Source of the DNA: Nemertoderma westbladi
Lineage: Eukaryota > Animalia > Xenacoelomorpha
NCBI GenBank assembly: GCA_032718475.1
Contig: JAUCBJ010002052.1
Location: 1 to 64,000, forward strand
Reading direction: 5' to 3'
DNA: 64,000 nucleotides
Positions within the stretch are counted from its first letter, which is position 1; the number at the start of each line of letters is the position of its first letter. Below, one piece after another: positions 49,073-63,932 of the stretch. Made by a program: the position numbers and the translations under genes. The notes under the pieces are model-generated. The model had not been told where the DNA came from. It did not search any database and saw nothing but the letters and a program-made list of their open reading frames with translations.

Positions 49073-50658
49073 CCCTATTAAACCCGTGGGGGGGGGGGGG
49101 GGGGGGTCAATATGACCCCCCCCGTGGTTTTTTTATTATAATTCTGAAACAAACGCAGTTGGGAATCTGATATTTTTTGAATTTTCCTAAAAATCTATTG
49201 TCTTCCTAGTAGTGAAAACCGTTTTCAAAAATATTGGGTAGTTTTCGAGTTATAGCACCATTTTTTAACCCTACTTTTGGCACTTTTTTTGAGACGTTTT
49301 TTGAAAATTACATTTCATTAAATATGAATTGTAACATCTCTATTTTTGATTTACACCGGTTTTTTGGTGTTAGCAATTGGATGGAATTCATATAAATTGA
49401 TTTAGAAATTTCAAACTTGTTTTTTTTCGGCGGGTGCCAATTTTTGGTGCCAGCACCAAATTTTGAAATATGTCAATTTTGTAAATTGATTGTGTGAAAC
49501 TTGTTTTTTTACGCAATTGGGGTTTTTTGGGGTTCTGGTGTCGATGAAATATATACGAGTTGCACCAAGCGTATCAAACTTGTGTTTTTCGGTGGTGGGT
49601 GCAAATTTTGGTGCTAGCACAAAATTTTGAAAATCCATTCAATTGATAAAAATTGTTTGTGACAATTTATTTCTTGCGTTTTAGAGGTTTATGGCTATTC
49701 TGAATTGAATGGAATATATAATTTTCGAACTAGGCATCTCAAATTTGTATTTTTCGGAAGTGGGTGCAAAATGTGGTGCTACCACCAAATTTTGAAAACC
49801 ATCAAATATATAAATTTATTGTGTCATCTTGTTTCCTGCGTTATATGGGTTTGTTAGGGTTCTGAATTCAATGGAATCAGTAAAAATTTCATAAGAGTTT
49901 TCAAACTTGTATTTTTCGCCGGTGGGTGAAAATTGTTGTGCCAGCACCAAATTTTGGAAAATAAGCAAATTGATCATTAGATAGTAGATCATCTTGTTTA
50001 TTGCGTTATACGGGTTTATGAGGGTTCTGAATCCGATGGAATCAATAAAAACAGCACTGGACATCGCAATCTTGTACTTTTTGGTGATGGGTACGAAATT
50101 TGGTCCTAGCACCGAAATTTGCCAAATTACGCCGAAAAATACAAGTAGCAATGATGGTGCATTTTAGAAATGTATTCCATTAGAATCAGCGCCCTAGAAG
50201 AACTGAAAATGTGAATTTATAGCATCGTATAAGTGAATTAAAATTTTGTGTTCTAACTGAAAAGTGCTGGTTACTTGTTTTTTTCATTTTTTTCCTACGC
50301 AGAGATGACTAAACAGCCATTTATAGTAATCATATCATTTTTAAATATTTTCCAATGTATTTTGCGCCCCAGAAAACCTGTATTGAAAAACAATTAGACG
50401 AAAAATGTAACTTTCAAATTTTCTGAAAATTGTGCACTACTTGTAATTTTGGTGCTGCAATATATCCACCCCAGTACATTTTTTCGAAAATTTTTTTTTC
50501 GGTCGGATCCTGACTAGTGATACCTAAGTACAAACAAAAAATCAGACGTTTTCGTATAAATTTGTAGATTTTAGAGGGGGGGTCAATATGACCCCCCCCC
50601 CCCCCCCCCCGGTATTTTATAGCATTTTACAACATTTTATAGCCCGGTATTAATAGGG
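49073..50658. mobile_element. Non-autonomous piggyBac-like element with internal ~164-bp tandem repeats
   Basis: TTAA|CCCTATTAA ... TTAATAGGG|TTAA; GGGGTCAATATGACCCC at both ends; about 5 internal units at 49411-50130. Confidence 0.9.
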
Positions 50659-50809
50659 TTAACATAATTATTGACAAGTTGTTCGGTAACAGAACATTAC
50701 GTACTTAAAAAGAAAATAACATCAATCAACATAAATTCAATACCGGATATCTTATAGAGTTATAAATTTGCTTCTTTTGCTATTTTAAAAATAAATTTGG
50801 CATTTGATT

Positions 50810-51770
<961 letters not shown>

Positions 51771-54272
51771 ATAGTTCTTAAAAAGTTATTAAAAATTATG
51801 ACATTTGCGATGTTAGTTATTCTGTTTTGATAGTATATAGAGAGTATCTAGTGTATGCAAGTCTTTCTGTCATCAAACACATTAAACCACATTAAAAACC
51901 TAATTAAAACGTATCACGTTAAACCACATTTAAAAAATGAGAGTTAACAACTTAACTATTTAACAAAATGACGTTTGGTTAACTCTGGGGGATATAATAC
52001 AGTCAATATCAATGGAATCTAACTAAAAATAATTCCAGGCTATAATTTGTACGTCAGAATCTCACAATTTCTAAAACAGATGTAATTTGATATGTAAATG
52101 CAGGCAAGGTGCCATTTTTAGAAACACGTAAAAATTGATACAATAACATTTTAAATGAATATATCTGGAAATCATTTCTAATAATAAACCATGTTTTCAA
52201 TCTATTTTATTATGTTTTGTGTCTTTGATCCATGCATGCTTGAATAAATTCAACAATTTGTTTTCAGTATGTATCTAGATATGTAAAAGATGGTTCTGGG
52301 CCATTTTCGTGTATTTTTAAAAAATCGCATTTCTTGACTCGATTATTCGACTAGAATAAATAAAAATACTCGTAAGTTATCGATTTTACCTTTACCGAAC
52401 CGATAGAGGCTAAAATCCAATCTTAAAAATTGTTTATAAAATTTAAAACATAGAACTTCCAAATTTTGAATTTGTTCATAACTTTAGCTACTTTATCGGG
52501 TAACATACTATGTACTTAGTATTACCTTTGCAACCCAAAAACATCTATATATGAATGTATATATGTCTTTAAAAATAGAAATAATAAAAATAAATTGCAG
52601 TTTGTTTTTGAATGAAGATTCTAAACAACGTTCCACTTTACAGTTTTTTCAAAAAATCAGTTTAAATTTTTCGTGTGCAAAAGTGGCATCTTGTCAACTT
52701 CTATATTTAATTGTACATGTTGCCCTAGGGCCACAACTCTATCATTAAGTCTATGGAAAACTCGAATGTAAAATGTATATATATATCAATAATACGGAAT
52801 TTTATAAAATTTGATTGACTGTGTAAGATGAAAAAAATTTTTTTAAGTAAACTTTATTTTTACTTTATTAAGACGTATAACAAATTTAAAGCATTAGGAC
52901 CTAGTAGAAATGATTGAAACACCGTTCCGAAACTAACATATACGTGGGTGGCACCACGTCAACAATTTCTATGTATATATGTATGTATGTATATTGTATA
53001 TACTATATGTATATTGTATATACTATATGTATATTGTATATACTATATGTATATTGTATATAGGTGTATTTTCTTATAATTGTGTTGAAAATGGTTTAAG
53101 ATATCGTTGAGACTGGGTTCTGTTTCCTTACAGTATTATTATAATGGATGAGAAAGAAAAGTTGTCGATTTTGGATTCATCCAATTAATCTGAAAAGAGA
53201 ATCGCATAGAGTTATATATACACTTTACTATTAGTTAATAGAATATGGTAATAAGTTCTTCAATTATAATCGTATAATTGAAGACCATGTTTGAGAATGT
53301 TAAATATTATAAAATAGTTTTGAAATTGGCAATTTATCAGAATGGCTACTTTGGATTTGCTATATAATATTTACAAACTATACAAATACAAACTTTATAT
53401 AACCATAGATAGAGAGAGATAGAATTTATTGACAATTAATATGATTTATATAGTGCACAAAACTTGAATTACACACAAAATCACAAAAAAAAAACATGAG
53501 GAGATCCATCACATCTTTCATCTTTCAAAAACAATAGAACATATCACACTGCAATTTGAAAGATGATAAATGAAAGACCTTGTTTGAATGCCTCCATAGA
53601 CGGCAGTGTTTTCTAGAATTATAAAAGATGAAAGATATGCTTATGGTACTTATACCTTATGGTACTTATACCTTATGGTACTTATATAATTTAGTATTGT
53701 TTTATTATAAGTTTTTAATACAGTTTTATTTATTATCACTGATACTATATTGCAGCACTATGACAGATAACCAAAAATGTTAATGTATTGGTATTGGTAT
53801 TGGTTGTATGAATGTATGTATGTATGTATGTATGTATGTATGTATGTATGTATGGTATGCACATTCATTTATATTTAATATTATTAATTTGGTTTATAAT
53901 AATAAATTTGCAGGTCGAGTTGATCACGATGTCTTTATATCGTCACTGCTTCTCTGTTTAAATCTGGGAGGCGGATCGGTATCGCAGCTTGGGAGTCAGT
54001 GTGTCCTCCGATCGACACCCCAGCCCAGCAACCCCGGTGTCGCGCCCTCCACCGCTCTAGCACCCTGGGCCTGGGCCACTAACCCTCCACCACCCCTACC
54101 CGGCTCCACCCCACCCCCTATTATATTTAATCCGTCCCCTCCTCCGACACCCAGCGACTCGTCTTCATTGCTCAGCAACCAAGCTTCTGTTCTCTCCTAC
54201 TCCCATCCTATATTAGATATTCTATCTTTCGAGTTGGGCTGTAGTCTGTGTTTCAGGCCTCACAATCCATCC

Positions 54273-57200
54273 ATGTCTGACACCTCTAGCGGTCCCGTTT
54301 CGTATCAATTACTAAAAGATGATAACCATGTATGTCGTGCGAATATTCTTCTAGCCGCTACTAAAATGTCACCGGGACAACAGCAGATGTGGCATCGGAT
54401 TAGAATGTGCCAGAATACCGCCCATAAGAGCGACTATATCCTCTGCAAGTTCATCCACGGAGGCTGTAATTACTGCGACAGCTGTAGTTTTGCCCACAGT
54501 CAGTTGGAGATAAAAATATGGCATGCGGAAAGAGATAGTAACTTAAATAGGGCGGCGCTGACCGCCGCATTAAAAAAGAGTAAAGATTCATACTTTGTTA
54601 ACGATTGTTTCACAGATCGATCGCCGGTTGAAGATAGTTTGGTTTCCTTTCCAGTTCTTCCAACAGCATCTATGAATAATTCCTCTAATCAACTTCCCCC
54701 TCGATTCGCTCAACAAGCTAGTCTAGCCAACTTGTCGATGGTTAACAACAATAATTCGATTGAGAATGCGATTAATTCGGAACTTCAGATGATGTCTATC
54801 ACAGAACGTTGTTCCGATTTACAATATCTCATAGAGAACGCTCGCGGTCAGTTTATATTTCTGTGTGGTTTGTGCTTCAACGCGAGGCCTAAAATGTTAT
54901 CGAAATGCCAAGTGAACGGGGATTTCTGCACCGCAAATAAGGGCCACGAATTCGAGAGCAATAAGATATTGATACACCTCCACAGTGACAGAGATCGTCC
55001 GTTGTACCTCCCAATACGCGATATCCCAGAGGATTTAATCCCCCAGCGGAGCATCCCTATGTGTGTGCACGCCGAGCGAGGGTTCTACTTCCACATGCAG
55101 GATTGTAGGTTCGCGCACAGCCCCGAGGAGCGGATGGTATGGGAGCTGAAATCGACGCAACACTCCGTAAGTAATGATGATATCGTGCAAGCCGGGATAG
55201 AGGCTAAGCGTTGTGCTGCCGAGAAGTTGGCGTTAGTTGTTGACCAATTGCCTTTCCAAGCCACAAATTTGTATTGCAACACCTGTTTCAGAAAAAAACG
55301 TCTCGTTTTAAAATGCGATAAAGGTGATTATTGTAATTCCACTGAGAAACACCCGTGGCACGATGATGGATGCATTCTGTATGTCGATGTGGGTTCGAGA
55401 AAAATACCTATCCATCCGCTTCCCCGTAATACTTCTTTATCGAATTCTTTGTGTTCCTATGTGTTGAAGTGTTTGCCCTGCCCTCTAGATGGCTGCCCGC
55501 GGCCGCACAATGAGCAGGAGTTAATGGCTTGGGACGCGATGTTGAACCACGGCGTTAAATCTCTAGCCGAACTGGTGGAGGCTACCAAACGGAAGCGGGA
55601 AGTTGTTGCTGCAACTGGAGATAGTTTGATGTCGTTCGCAACTCCGCAGTCTAGCAATGCAGCCAATCAGAATGGGGAATCCACTTTGTTTGTTAATCAG
55701 TTTCAACCAACGGGGTATTTCTGCCAACTGTGTTTGTTTGAGTGCGCCAGTCTAGGGGAGTTCGAGATCCACAAACAGAGCCGATTGCACCACGAGCGGT
55801 TGGCCACCGACAAGGATCGGGAGTGGAGTTACCGGGCGCCGCCTTGGGGGGTAACGAGTCATAACAATGCCGTGGAAACACTCAAGTTGTGCACTCCGCA
55901 CACACAACGACAGGCATGTCCATATAGCAACGCACCCACAAAGACCAATAAATGCCCGTTCGCCCACAGTCAGGAAGAGTTGGATGAGTGGAGGGACAGA
56001 CAGGAGTACCGAGTAATGAAACAGGAGCGAGCCATTGAGCAAGATCTATACTCCTATATAGACAAACTGCATCTTCGATACACGCAGGCGGGTTCTAAAT
56101 CTGGTGTAGTAGTGGAAGAAATGGAAGGAGTAGTCGTTAATGTCCAGCCAGACAGGAATCTCTTTAGCGAATCCAAACAGTTCTCTAAGATCTGGGTGGT
56201 TACAGTTACAACCGATAAGCCACTAGCTGGTGTTGCTCTGCTCTTCGATAGCTTTAGAACGCATTTCTCTTTGGTAGGTGAGGATATTGTCGAAGGATGT
56301 CAGTACCTTGATACATGCTCTTCTCTGCTCAATAATGTAGTTAATAGCTACACAATTAAGGTGATGTTTAAGGGCCATCTCTATGGCACATTCACGCAGA
56401 CATTGACTCTGGATTTTGCTGAGGATAAAGTTCTTGGGGTCAACTTTAAGGTTGACATCGGCTCGATGGACGATATGGTGGATCTGCGTAATAAGCGGGC
56501 GGAAGTTAGATTTACTGGTTGGAGTATGTCCAACTGCATTATAGTACCTTACGGGCACCGGAGATGGTCGGAGTTGGTGGATCGGTACCCGATGAAAGGA
56601 AGCGAGGAAGTTATATCCATCAGTGATGTCCGTTGTGCCATAGAGGTTGGACCGAGTAACTATACGAAGTTGATGCACCGTTTGTTGTACATCGAGGAGT
56701 TGTTTAGTATGCGGTTGGTGAGTCGTTATAATTGCTGCACTGAATTGGAATTGATTAGTCAAATCAGCGAGCCGGGGGGTAAGACGTACTGCGCGCCGAG
56801 TGGGACAATGTTTGGTAAGATTCGACTCAAGAGTGTTCCAACCGATGATACAGTGGAGGGTCGGTTGTTACTGGAAGGCGTTAGCAGCGTGCTAATCCGT
56901 CCACCAACTCGGGTACCTGTGGACGCAACCGGACAGTTTACTGTGTACGAGGCGCACGTCCTGCCTGGTGGATCCGCCGGGGGTAAGCTCATCAGTAACG
57001 AGTCCTTGTGCATCCATTTCAACCAGGAGACTGTAAGAGAGTTGTTCCAATCAGCTGCCTTATCGATGTCCAGTTTATCGTCATCCATGAAGGTTGATAT
57101 CGCCTTCCAAATAGACAGAGAATCTTTCTGTAAGAAACACTACGTTTTGGATTCCTTCAATAACATCGATATTATATTCCCGGACGTTTCGAATTATCCA

Positions 57201-57815
57201 GTTCTCCCGTCTCCCAAACTTAAACCAATCGCCAATTGCGGCGACCTAAATGAGCAACAGATGTTAGCGGTTGGGCGAATAATAGCGAAACCAGGTAACC
57301 CGAATCCTCCTATTCTTCTCCACGGTTTGTTCGGGATGGGTAAAACCTTCACTTTGGCTCAGGCGGCAATGCAACTCATCCAGGAGGACAACACCCGAGT
57401 GCTGATATGCACGTTGACCAACGCAGCGGCGGATCTGTTCATTATCCGGTATCTACACCAGTACCTCACCGAGTCCCAACTGAGTGCGTCGCTTTTATCT
57501 CGAGTTTATTACACGTCCCGACGACCGGACACCATCGACCCAATAGTGAAGTTGTATTGGTCCCTGAACGCCAAGGGCGACCTCCGTTACCCGTCTGTGG
57601 ACGAGTTGATGCAATCACGTATCGTGGTGACCACTGTCTACACCTGTTTGGATATGATCTACCCGGTGGTTGACCGACTCAGGGGTCAGTTCTCGCATAT
57701 ATTTATCGACGAAGCCGGCCAAGCTCAGGAGTTGGACGCTCTCATCCCCCTTCTACTCGCTCAATCCGAAACGAAAATCGTTCTCGCCGGAGATTACATG
57801 CAGCTGAGCTCCCAG
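54273..57815 (+). CDS. HELZ/HELZ2-like zinc-finger SF1 (UPF1-like) RNA helicase, large exon (start uncertain; frame open from acceptor at 53914)
   Basis: Repeated C..AHS..E...W CCCH fingers; C2H2 FCQLC..H....H; Walker A GLFGMGKT; FIDEAGQ; LAGDYMQL; donor CAG|GTATG. Confidence 0.9.
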
Positions 57816-58060
57816 GTATGAATAATTTATATAAATACATGGTGAATATTTTATGGAGGGGAATTTAACGGATAGGTAGGCAATGCAATATTCATGAAAT
57901 TTAGTTCATAAAGTGCATTCTGGTAGTTGAGGGAAGTAGAGCAATTCTTTACGGACAATTTGGTCCTTAATATATTGTTTTGGGATGGAATTGTGTGGAA
58001 TCGAATTGTATGGAAACTAATTATTATTCAGGGCCGTCAAGTTATGTTGTAATTAATATA

Positions 58061-61000
58061 GTTCGCTCACACCACTTTATATTCCGCTCACACAACTTTA
58101 TAGTCTGTTCACACAACTCTATAGTCAGCTCACACAACTTTATAGTCCGCTCACACCACTTTATATTCCACTCACACAACTTTATAGTCCGTTCACAAAA
58201 CTTATAGTCCACTGTCACAACTTATAGTCAGTTCCACTCACATAACTTTATAGTCAGTTCAAAAAACTTTATATTCCACACTCACAACTTTATAGTCCGT
58301 TCACAAAACTTTATAGTCCGTTCACAAAACTTTATAGTTCAATCACACAACTTTATAGTCCGTTCACAAAACTTTATATTCAAATCTCCGAACTTTATAG
58401 TCCGTTCCACTCACACAACTTTATAGTCCTTTTACAGAACTTTATAGTCCGTTCACACAACGTTATAGTCCACTCACACAACTTCATTGTAGTACGTTCC
58501 ACTCACACAACTTTATAGTCCGTTCACACAACTTTATAGTCCGTTCACACAACGTTATAGTCCACTCACACAACTTCATTGTAGTACGTTCCACTCACAC
58601 AACTTTATAGTCCGTTTACACAACTTTATATTCCACTCACACAACTTTATAGTCCGTTCACAAAACTTTATAGTCCGTTCACAAAACTTTATAGTCCGTT
58701 CACCCAACTTTATAGTCCGTTCCCACTACTTTATCGTCCGATCACATAGATTAATATTCCACTCACATAACTTTATAGTCCGTTCACAAAACTTTATATT
58801 CCACTCTCCCAACTTTATAGTCCGTTGCACTCACACAACTTTATATTCCGCTCACACAACTTTATAGTCCTTTTACACAACTTTATAGTCCGTTCACAAA
58901 ACTTTATATTCCACTCACACAACTTTATACTGTAGTCCTATCACACAACTTTATAGTTCGTTCACAAAACTTTATCGTCCGATCACATAGATTAATATTC
59001 CACTCACATAACTTTATAGTCCGTTCACAAAACTTTATATTCCACTCTCCCAACTTTATAGTCCGTTCCACTCACACAACTTTATATTCCGCTCACACAA
59101 CTTTATAGTCCGTTCACATAACTTTATAGTTCGTTCACACAACTTTATAGTCCGCTCACATAACTTCATAGTCCGCTCACACAATTTTATAGTCCGTTCA
59201 CACAAAACTTATATTTCACTCTCACAACTTTATAGTCCTTTTACACAACTTTATAGTCCGTTCACACAACTTTATAGTCCGCTCACATAACTTCATAGTC
59301 CGCTCACACAATTTTATAGTCCGTTCACACAAAACTTATATTTCACTCTCACAACTTTATAGTCCGTTCACACAACTTTATAGTCCGCTCACACAACTTT
59401 ATAGTCCGTTCACGCAACTTTATAGTCCGTTCACGCAACTTTATACTATGTTCACACAATTATATAGTCAGCTCAGACAACTTTATAGTCAGCTCACACA
59501 ACTTTATAGTCCGCTTACACAACTTTATAGTCAGCTCACACAACTTTATAGTCAGCTCACACAACTTTATAGTCAGCTCACACAACTTTATAGTCCGTTC
59601 ACATAACTTTATAGTCAGCTCACACAACTTTATAGTCCGCTTACACAACTTTATAGTCCGCTCACACAACTTTATAGTCCGTTCACATAACTTTATAGTC
59701 CAATCACATAGATTAATATTCCGCTCACACAACTTTATAGTCCGTTCACATAACTTTATAGTCCGCTCACACAACTTTATAGTCCGTTCACACAACTTTA
59801 TAGTCCGTTCACAAATCTTTATAGTCCGTTCCACTCACACCACTTTATAGTCCGTTCCACTCACACTACGTTATATTCCGTTCACACAACGTTATAGTCC
59901 ATTCACACAACTTTATAGTTCGCTTACACAACTTTATAGTCTGCTCACACAATTTTATAGTACGCTCACACATCTTTATAGTCCGCTCACACATCTTTAT
60001 AGTCCGCTCACACAACTTTATAGTCCGTTCACATAACTTTATAGTCCGCTCACACAACTTTATAGTCCGTTCACGCAACTTTATAGTCTGTTCACACAAC
60101 TCTATAGTCCGATCACATAGATTAATATTCCGCTCACACAACTTTAAAGTCCGTTCACAAAACTTTATAGTCCGTTCCACTCACACAACTCTATAGTCAG
60201 CTCACACAACTTTATAGTCCGCTCACACAACTTTATAGTCCGTTCACATAACTTTATAGTCCGTTCACATAGATTAATATTCCGCTCACACAACTTTAAA
60301 GTCCGTTCACAAAACTTTATAGTCCGTTCCACTCACACAACTTTATAGTCCGTTCCACTCACACAACTTTATAGTCCGTTCACATAACTTTATAGTCCGA
60401 TCACACAACTTTATAGTCCGTTCACATAACTTTATAGTCCGTTCACGCAACTTTATAGTCCGATCACACAACTTTATAGTCCGTTCACATAACTTTATAG
60501 TCCGTTCACATAACTTTATAGTCCGTTCACGCAACTTTATAGTCCGATCACACAACTTTATAGTCCGTTCACATAACTTTATAGTCCGTTCACATAACTT
60601 TATAGTCCGTTCACGCAACTTTATAGTCCGATCACACAACTTTATAGTCCGTTCACATAACTTTATAGTCCGATCACACAACTTTATAGTCCGTTCACAT
60701 AACTTTATAGTCCGATCACAAAGATTAATATTCCACTCACACTACGTTATATTCCGTTCACAAAACTTTATAGTCCGTTCCACTCACACAACTTTATAGT
60801 CCGTTCCACTCACACAACTTTATAGTCCGTTCACATAACTTTATAGTCGGATCACACAACTTTATAGTCCGTTCACATAACTTTATAGTCCGTTCACGCA
60901 ACTTTATAGTCCGATCACTCAACTTTATAGTCCGTTCACATAACTTTATAGTCCGTTCACATAACTTTATAGTCCGTTCACGCAACTTTATAGTCCGTTC

Positions 61001-61070
61001 ACGCAACTTTATAGTCCTATCACACAACTTTATAGTCCTATCACACAACTTTATAGTCCGCTTACAAAAC
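58061..61070. repeat. 3-kb intronic 21-bp satellite (CACACAACTTTATAGTCCGTT)n
   Basis: Direct reading; 26-bp variants and local higher-order periodicity. Confidence 0.95.
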
Positions 61071-61734
61071 TGTAGTCCGTATCCGTAGTGCTGCGAACTG
61101 TAACTAAATTTGACTACAGTTGCGGTTTTAGTTCCAATAAACCTTTTTATTTCAGTTCCAGTTTCCAAAAAGAATTAGTTTCATTTTCAGTTCTAGTTTC
61201 ATAAATTTTTGCAAGTGACTTATTAAAATACATAACAAGTTGGCCCTTTGTTTGGTAGTCGAAGTTCTTGAATGTCAACTACCGATGGACCGGCTGCCAT
61301 TTTTAATTTTCATGAAAATATCCGTAATTTTTATGTTGCAAAAAGTAAGTGTTAGGAGTAAAATTACTTATTACTTGAAAATAAAATATTATAAAATGGA
61401 AGAATATAGAATAATATAAAAATGAAATATTCTCCCTTATTACCCATTGACGTATAAATAATGATCTCGGTAAATTATAGGTTACATCTCGAGGTCACCT
61501 GGAAGTAAAATATTATTTTATATCCTTGAAGCTATAAATAGTTTCATTTTTACCGAAATTCCGATATTTTTCTACCAACATTTATGTATTGCTAAAAAAC
61601 CTACTGCTAAAAAAGAAATTGTAAATATTAAAAAAAATATACTTTCCAATACTTTCTAATTCATTATTTTCATTTTTTTTAATTGAATAATAATTTAAAA
61701 AATGTGGGAAATTTAAAAAGGATTTGACATAGTA

Positions 61735-61874
61735 GGCTATAGGCATATTAGAGTTTAGATTATAGTTTGTAGGCTAGGCATACTAGAGTTTAGATTATAG
61801 TTTGTAGGCTAGGCATACTAGAGTTTAGATTATAGTTTGTAGGCTAGGCATACTAGAGTTTAGATTATAGTTTG
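61735..61874. repeat. 35-bp tandem repeat, about 4 units
   Basis: TAGAGTTTAGATTATAGTTTGTAGGCTAGGCATAC. Confidence 0.9.
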
Positions 61875-62145
61875 CATTTGAGATACCGTATCCCATTCCC
61901 ATTATAACAATATTCCTTAAAATGTCTCAAACTTATTTATCTTCCTTTGAATTTCTCTGATATTTTAATTTCTTTGATTGAATGTTTGTTGGTATAGAAG
62001 ATAGAACCAACACATTGTACTTCTTGTGGTTTGTCTGCTTAGGCGACTATAATAGACCTTGTAACAACTGCACTGGGAAATAAAATATAAATTTTCCAGT
62101 TCTAGAACACTTTATCTTTAACTTATATAATCTACATTACTCTAG

Positions 62146-62973
62146 GTGTACAGCAGTATGGCACGGAAGTTCGGGCTACAGAAGTCGTTGTTGCAGCGAT
62201 TAATGGAATGGTACGAGTTGCAGGTTGGATTCCATTGTCCTTTACTAGTCAGACTCACCAAGAACTACAGATCGTGTCCCGAAATAGCAGAGTTCCTATC
62301 GAGAGAGGTGTACGGCCAGCCTTCGCTAGAGGCGTGCAGTGTCTCCCCTGGACATCCCATGTGGTATCCGCTGATATTCTTTACGGTTCGGGGTAACGAA
62401 TGCTCCAGAGACGGCGTCTCCAATTCGATGTCTTACTTTAACCTCCACGAGGTGCAGGAGGTCACCGACCGGGTCAAACAGCTGTGGTATACATGGCCGG
62501 CGGCGTGGGGCCCCAAGACCGAGTCCAGTATAGCCGTGCTCACCTACTATACCGAGCAAGTTCGCCGTATTCGTAGTAAGTTGCGTAAAGATGGGCTGGA
62601 AGATGTCACGGTTGAACGCTTACAGAATCTACAAGGCAGGGAGTTTCGCGCTGTTTTTATTAGCACCGTGCGCACCAAAGAAGCGTGCGAGATGGTACTT
62701 AAACAGGTGGCTGGGACGGCGGCCTCGGTTAACACGTTGGACGTCGGCTGCGACTTCGCGTTCCTCTCGGATATCCGTTTAGTTAACGCGGCAATGTCCC
62801 GCGCCCAGTCGCTGATCGCCGTAGTCGGCGACCCCTTGGCTCTCTGCTCCGTCGGGGAGTGTCGCGGGTTCTGGCGACAGTATATTAAACAGGCCGGCTC
62901 CCATAACTCGCTGATTGGTTGGTCCTACAACGATATTAAGTTTAATATTATGAGTGGTGAAGCAAACTATTAA
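62146..62973 (+). CDS. HELZ/HELZ2-like helicase, last coding exon
   Basis: CTAG|GTG phase-0 join gives QLSSQ|VYS; LTKNYRS, LQGREF, ISTVR, NAAMSRAQSL..VVGDP motifs; stop at 62973. Confidence 0.92.
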   Translation: MYSSMARKFGLQKSLLQRLMEWYELQVGFHCPLLVRLTKNYRSCPEIAEFLSREVYGQPSLEACSVSPGHPMWYPLIFFTVRGNECSRDGVSNSMSYFNLHEVQEVTDRVKQLWYTWPAAWGPKTESSIAVLTYYTEQVRRIRSKLRKDGLEDVTVERLQNLQGREFRAVFISTVRTKEACEMVLKQVAGTAASVNTLDVGCDFAFLSDIRLVNAAMSRAQSLIAVVGDPLALCSVGECRGFWRQYIKQAGSHNSLIGWSYNDIKFNIMSGEANY

Positions 62974-63698
62974 TAATTATTATTATAATTAATTATATAA
63001 TTAAAATTTATAGTGTATTCTATTTTGAGAAGTTACTTTTTTAGATGCCAAACTGCGACAGGTCGGTAACTATTTTATACTTCTTAGAAACTTTAATGAA
63101 TAATACATTGTGTGTTGTTTTATATTTCAGGTTTGGTTTGACTGACAAGGACAATAATATAATATGTAATAATACTTTAATAATTTTAATTTGATTTATT
63201 TTGATTGTGATTATATTATTTTGTTTTTAATAACGGCGCTTGTCACCTATTTTTGGTGTATTTTGCCATCATCGGTACCTCAACCAACACCTAATTTGGG
63301 TGTCACTATCTCGTTATACTTGGTTGTAGTGCTTGTTGTTGTTGTTGTTGCCTAAATGTGGATATTTGTTATCTCAATTAAATAATTGTGTTTGCTTACA
63401 AAGGCGTTACCGGTCATGGGATAATTTGTAATTATTTGTTTAATTAATAATAATGGTAATATAATAATAATATTATCTCAATAATTTCTGAGTTGCTAAT
63501 TTATTTTATCTGAAAACGAATCCGTTTGGGTGTGGGGCGAGACACGTAGTTGGCGAGCCTTGGCATACGGTTCATATAAGGCAAATGGGGCATGTCCGTC
63601 TGTCTGTCCGTCCGTCTGGTAAATGTTTGAACGCGAATTTTTCGGCATCGCTGATTCGGAATTTAACCAAACTTCGTAGGTAAGTAGTAGAGGGATAG

Positions 63699-63932
63699 TT
63701 TGGGACAAGTGCAGTGGGACACACCTCCGGGGGTGTTAGTTGGACAAGTGCAGTGGGACACCTACGGGGGGTGATAGTTGGACAAGTGCAGTGGGACACC
63801 TACGGGGGGGGGGGGGGGGGGGTGTTAGTTGGACAAGTGCAGTGGGACACACCTTGGGGGGGGGGGGGGTAGTTGGACAAGTGCAGTGGGACACACCTCC
63901 GGGGGGGGGGGGGGGTGTTAGTTGGACAAGTG
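63699..63932. repeat. Minisatellite with GTTGGACAAGTGCAGTGGGACAC core and variable G-runs
   Basis: About 6 units of 39-50 bp. Confidence 0.85.

Noticed and set aside
53808-53913. N-terminus MNVCMYVC... of the 1337-aa ORF
   Set aside because: ATGs come from an (ATGT)n microsatellite upstream of the splice acceptor at 53913
59460-61168. (CERTIKL)n ORFs on the minus strand
   Set aside because: Translations of the 21-bp satellite within the helicase intron; frequently frame-broken
63699-63932. CRISPR-like conserved 23-nt repeat with spacers
   Set aside because: Spacers are related G-runs rather than unique sequences; eukaryotic context; no cas genes
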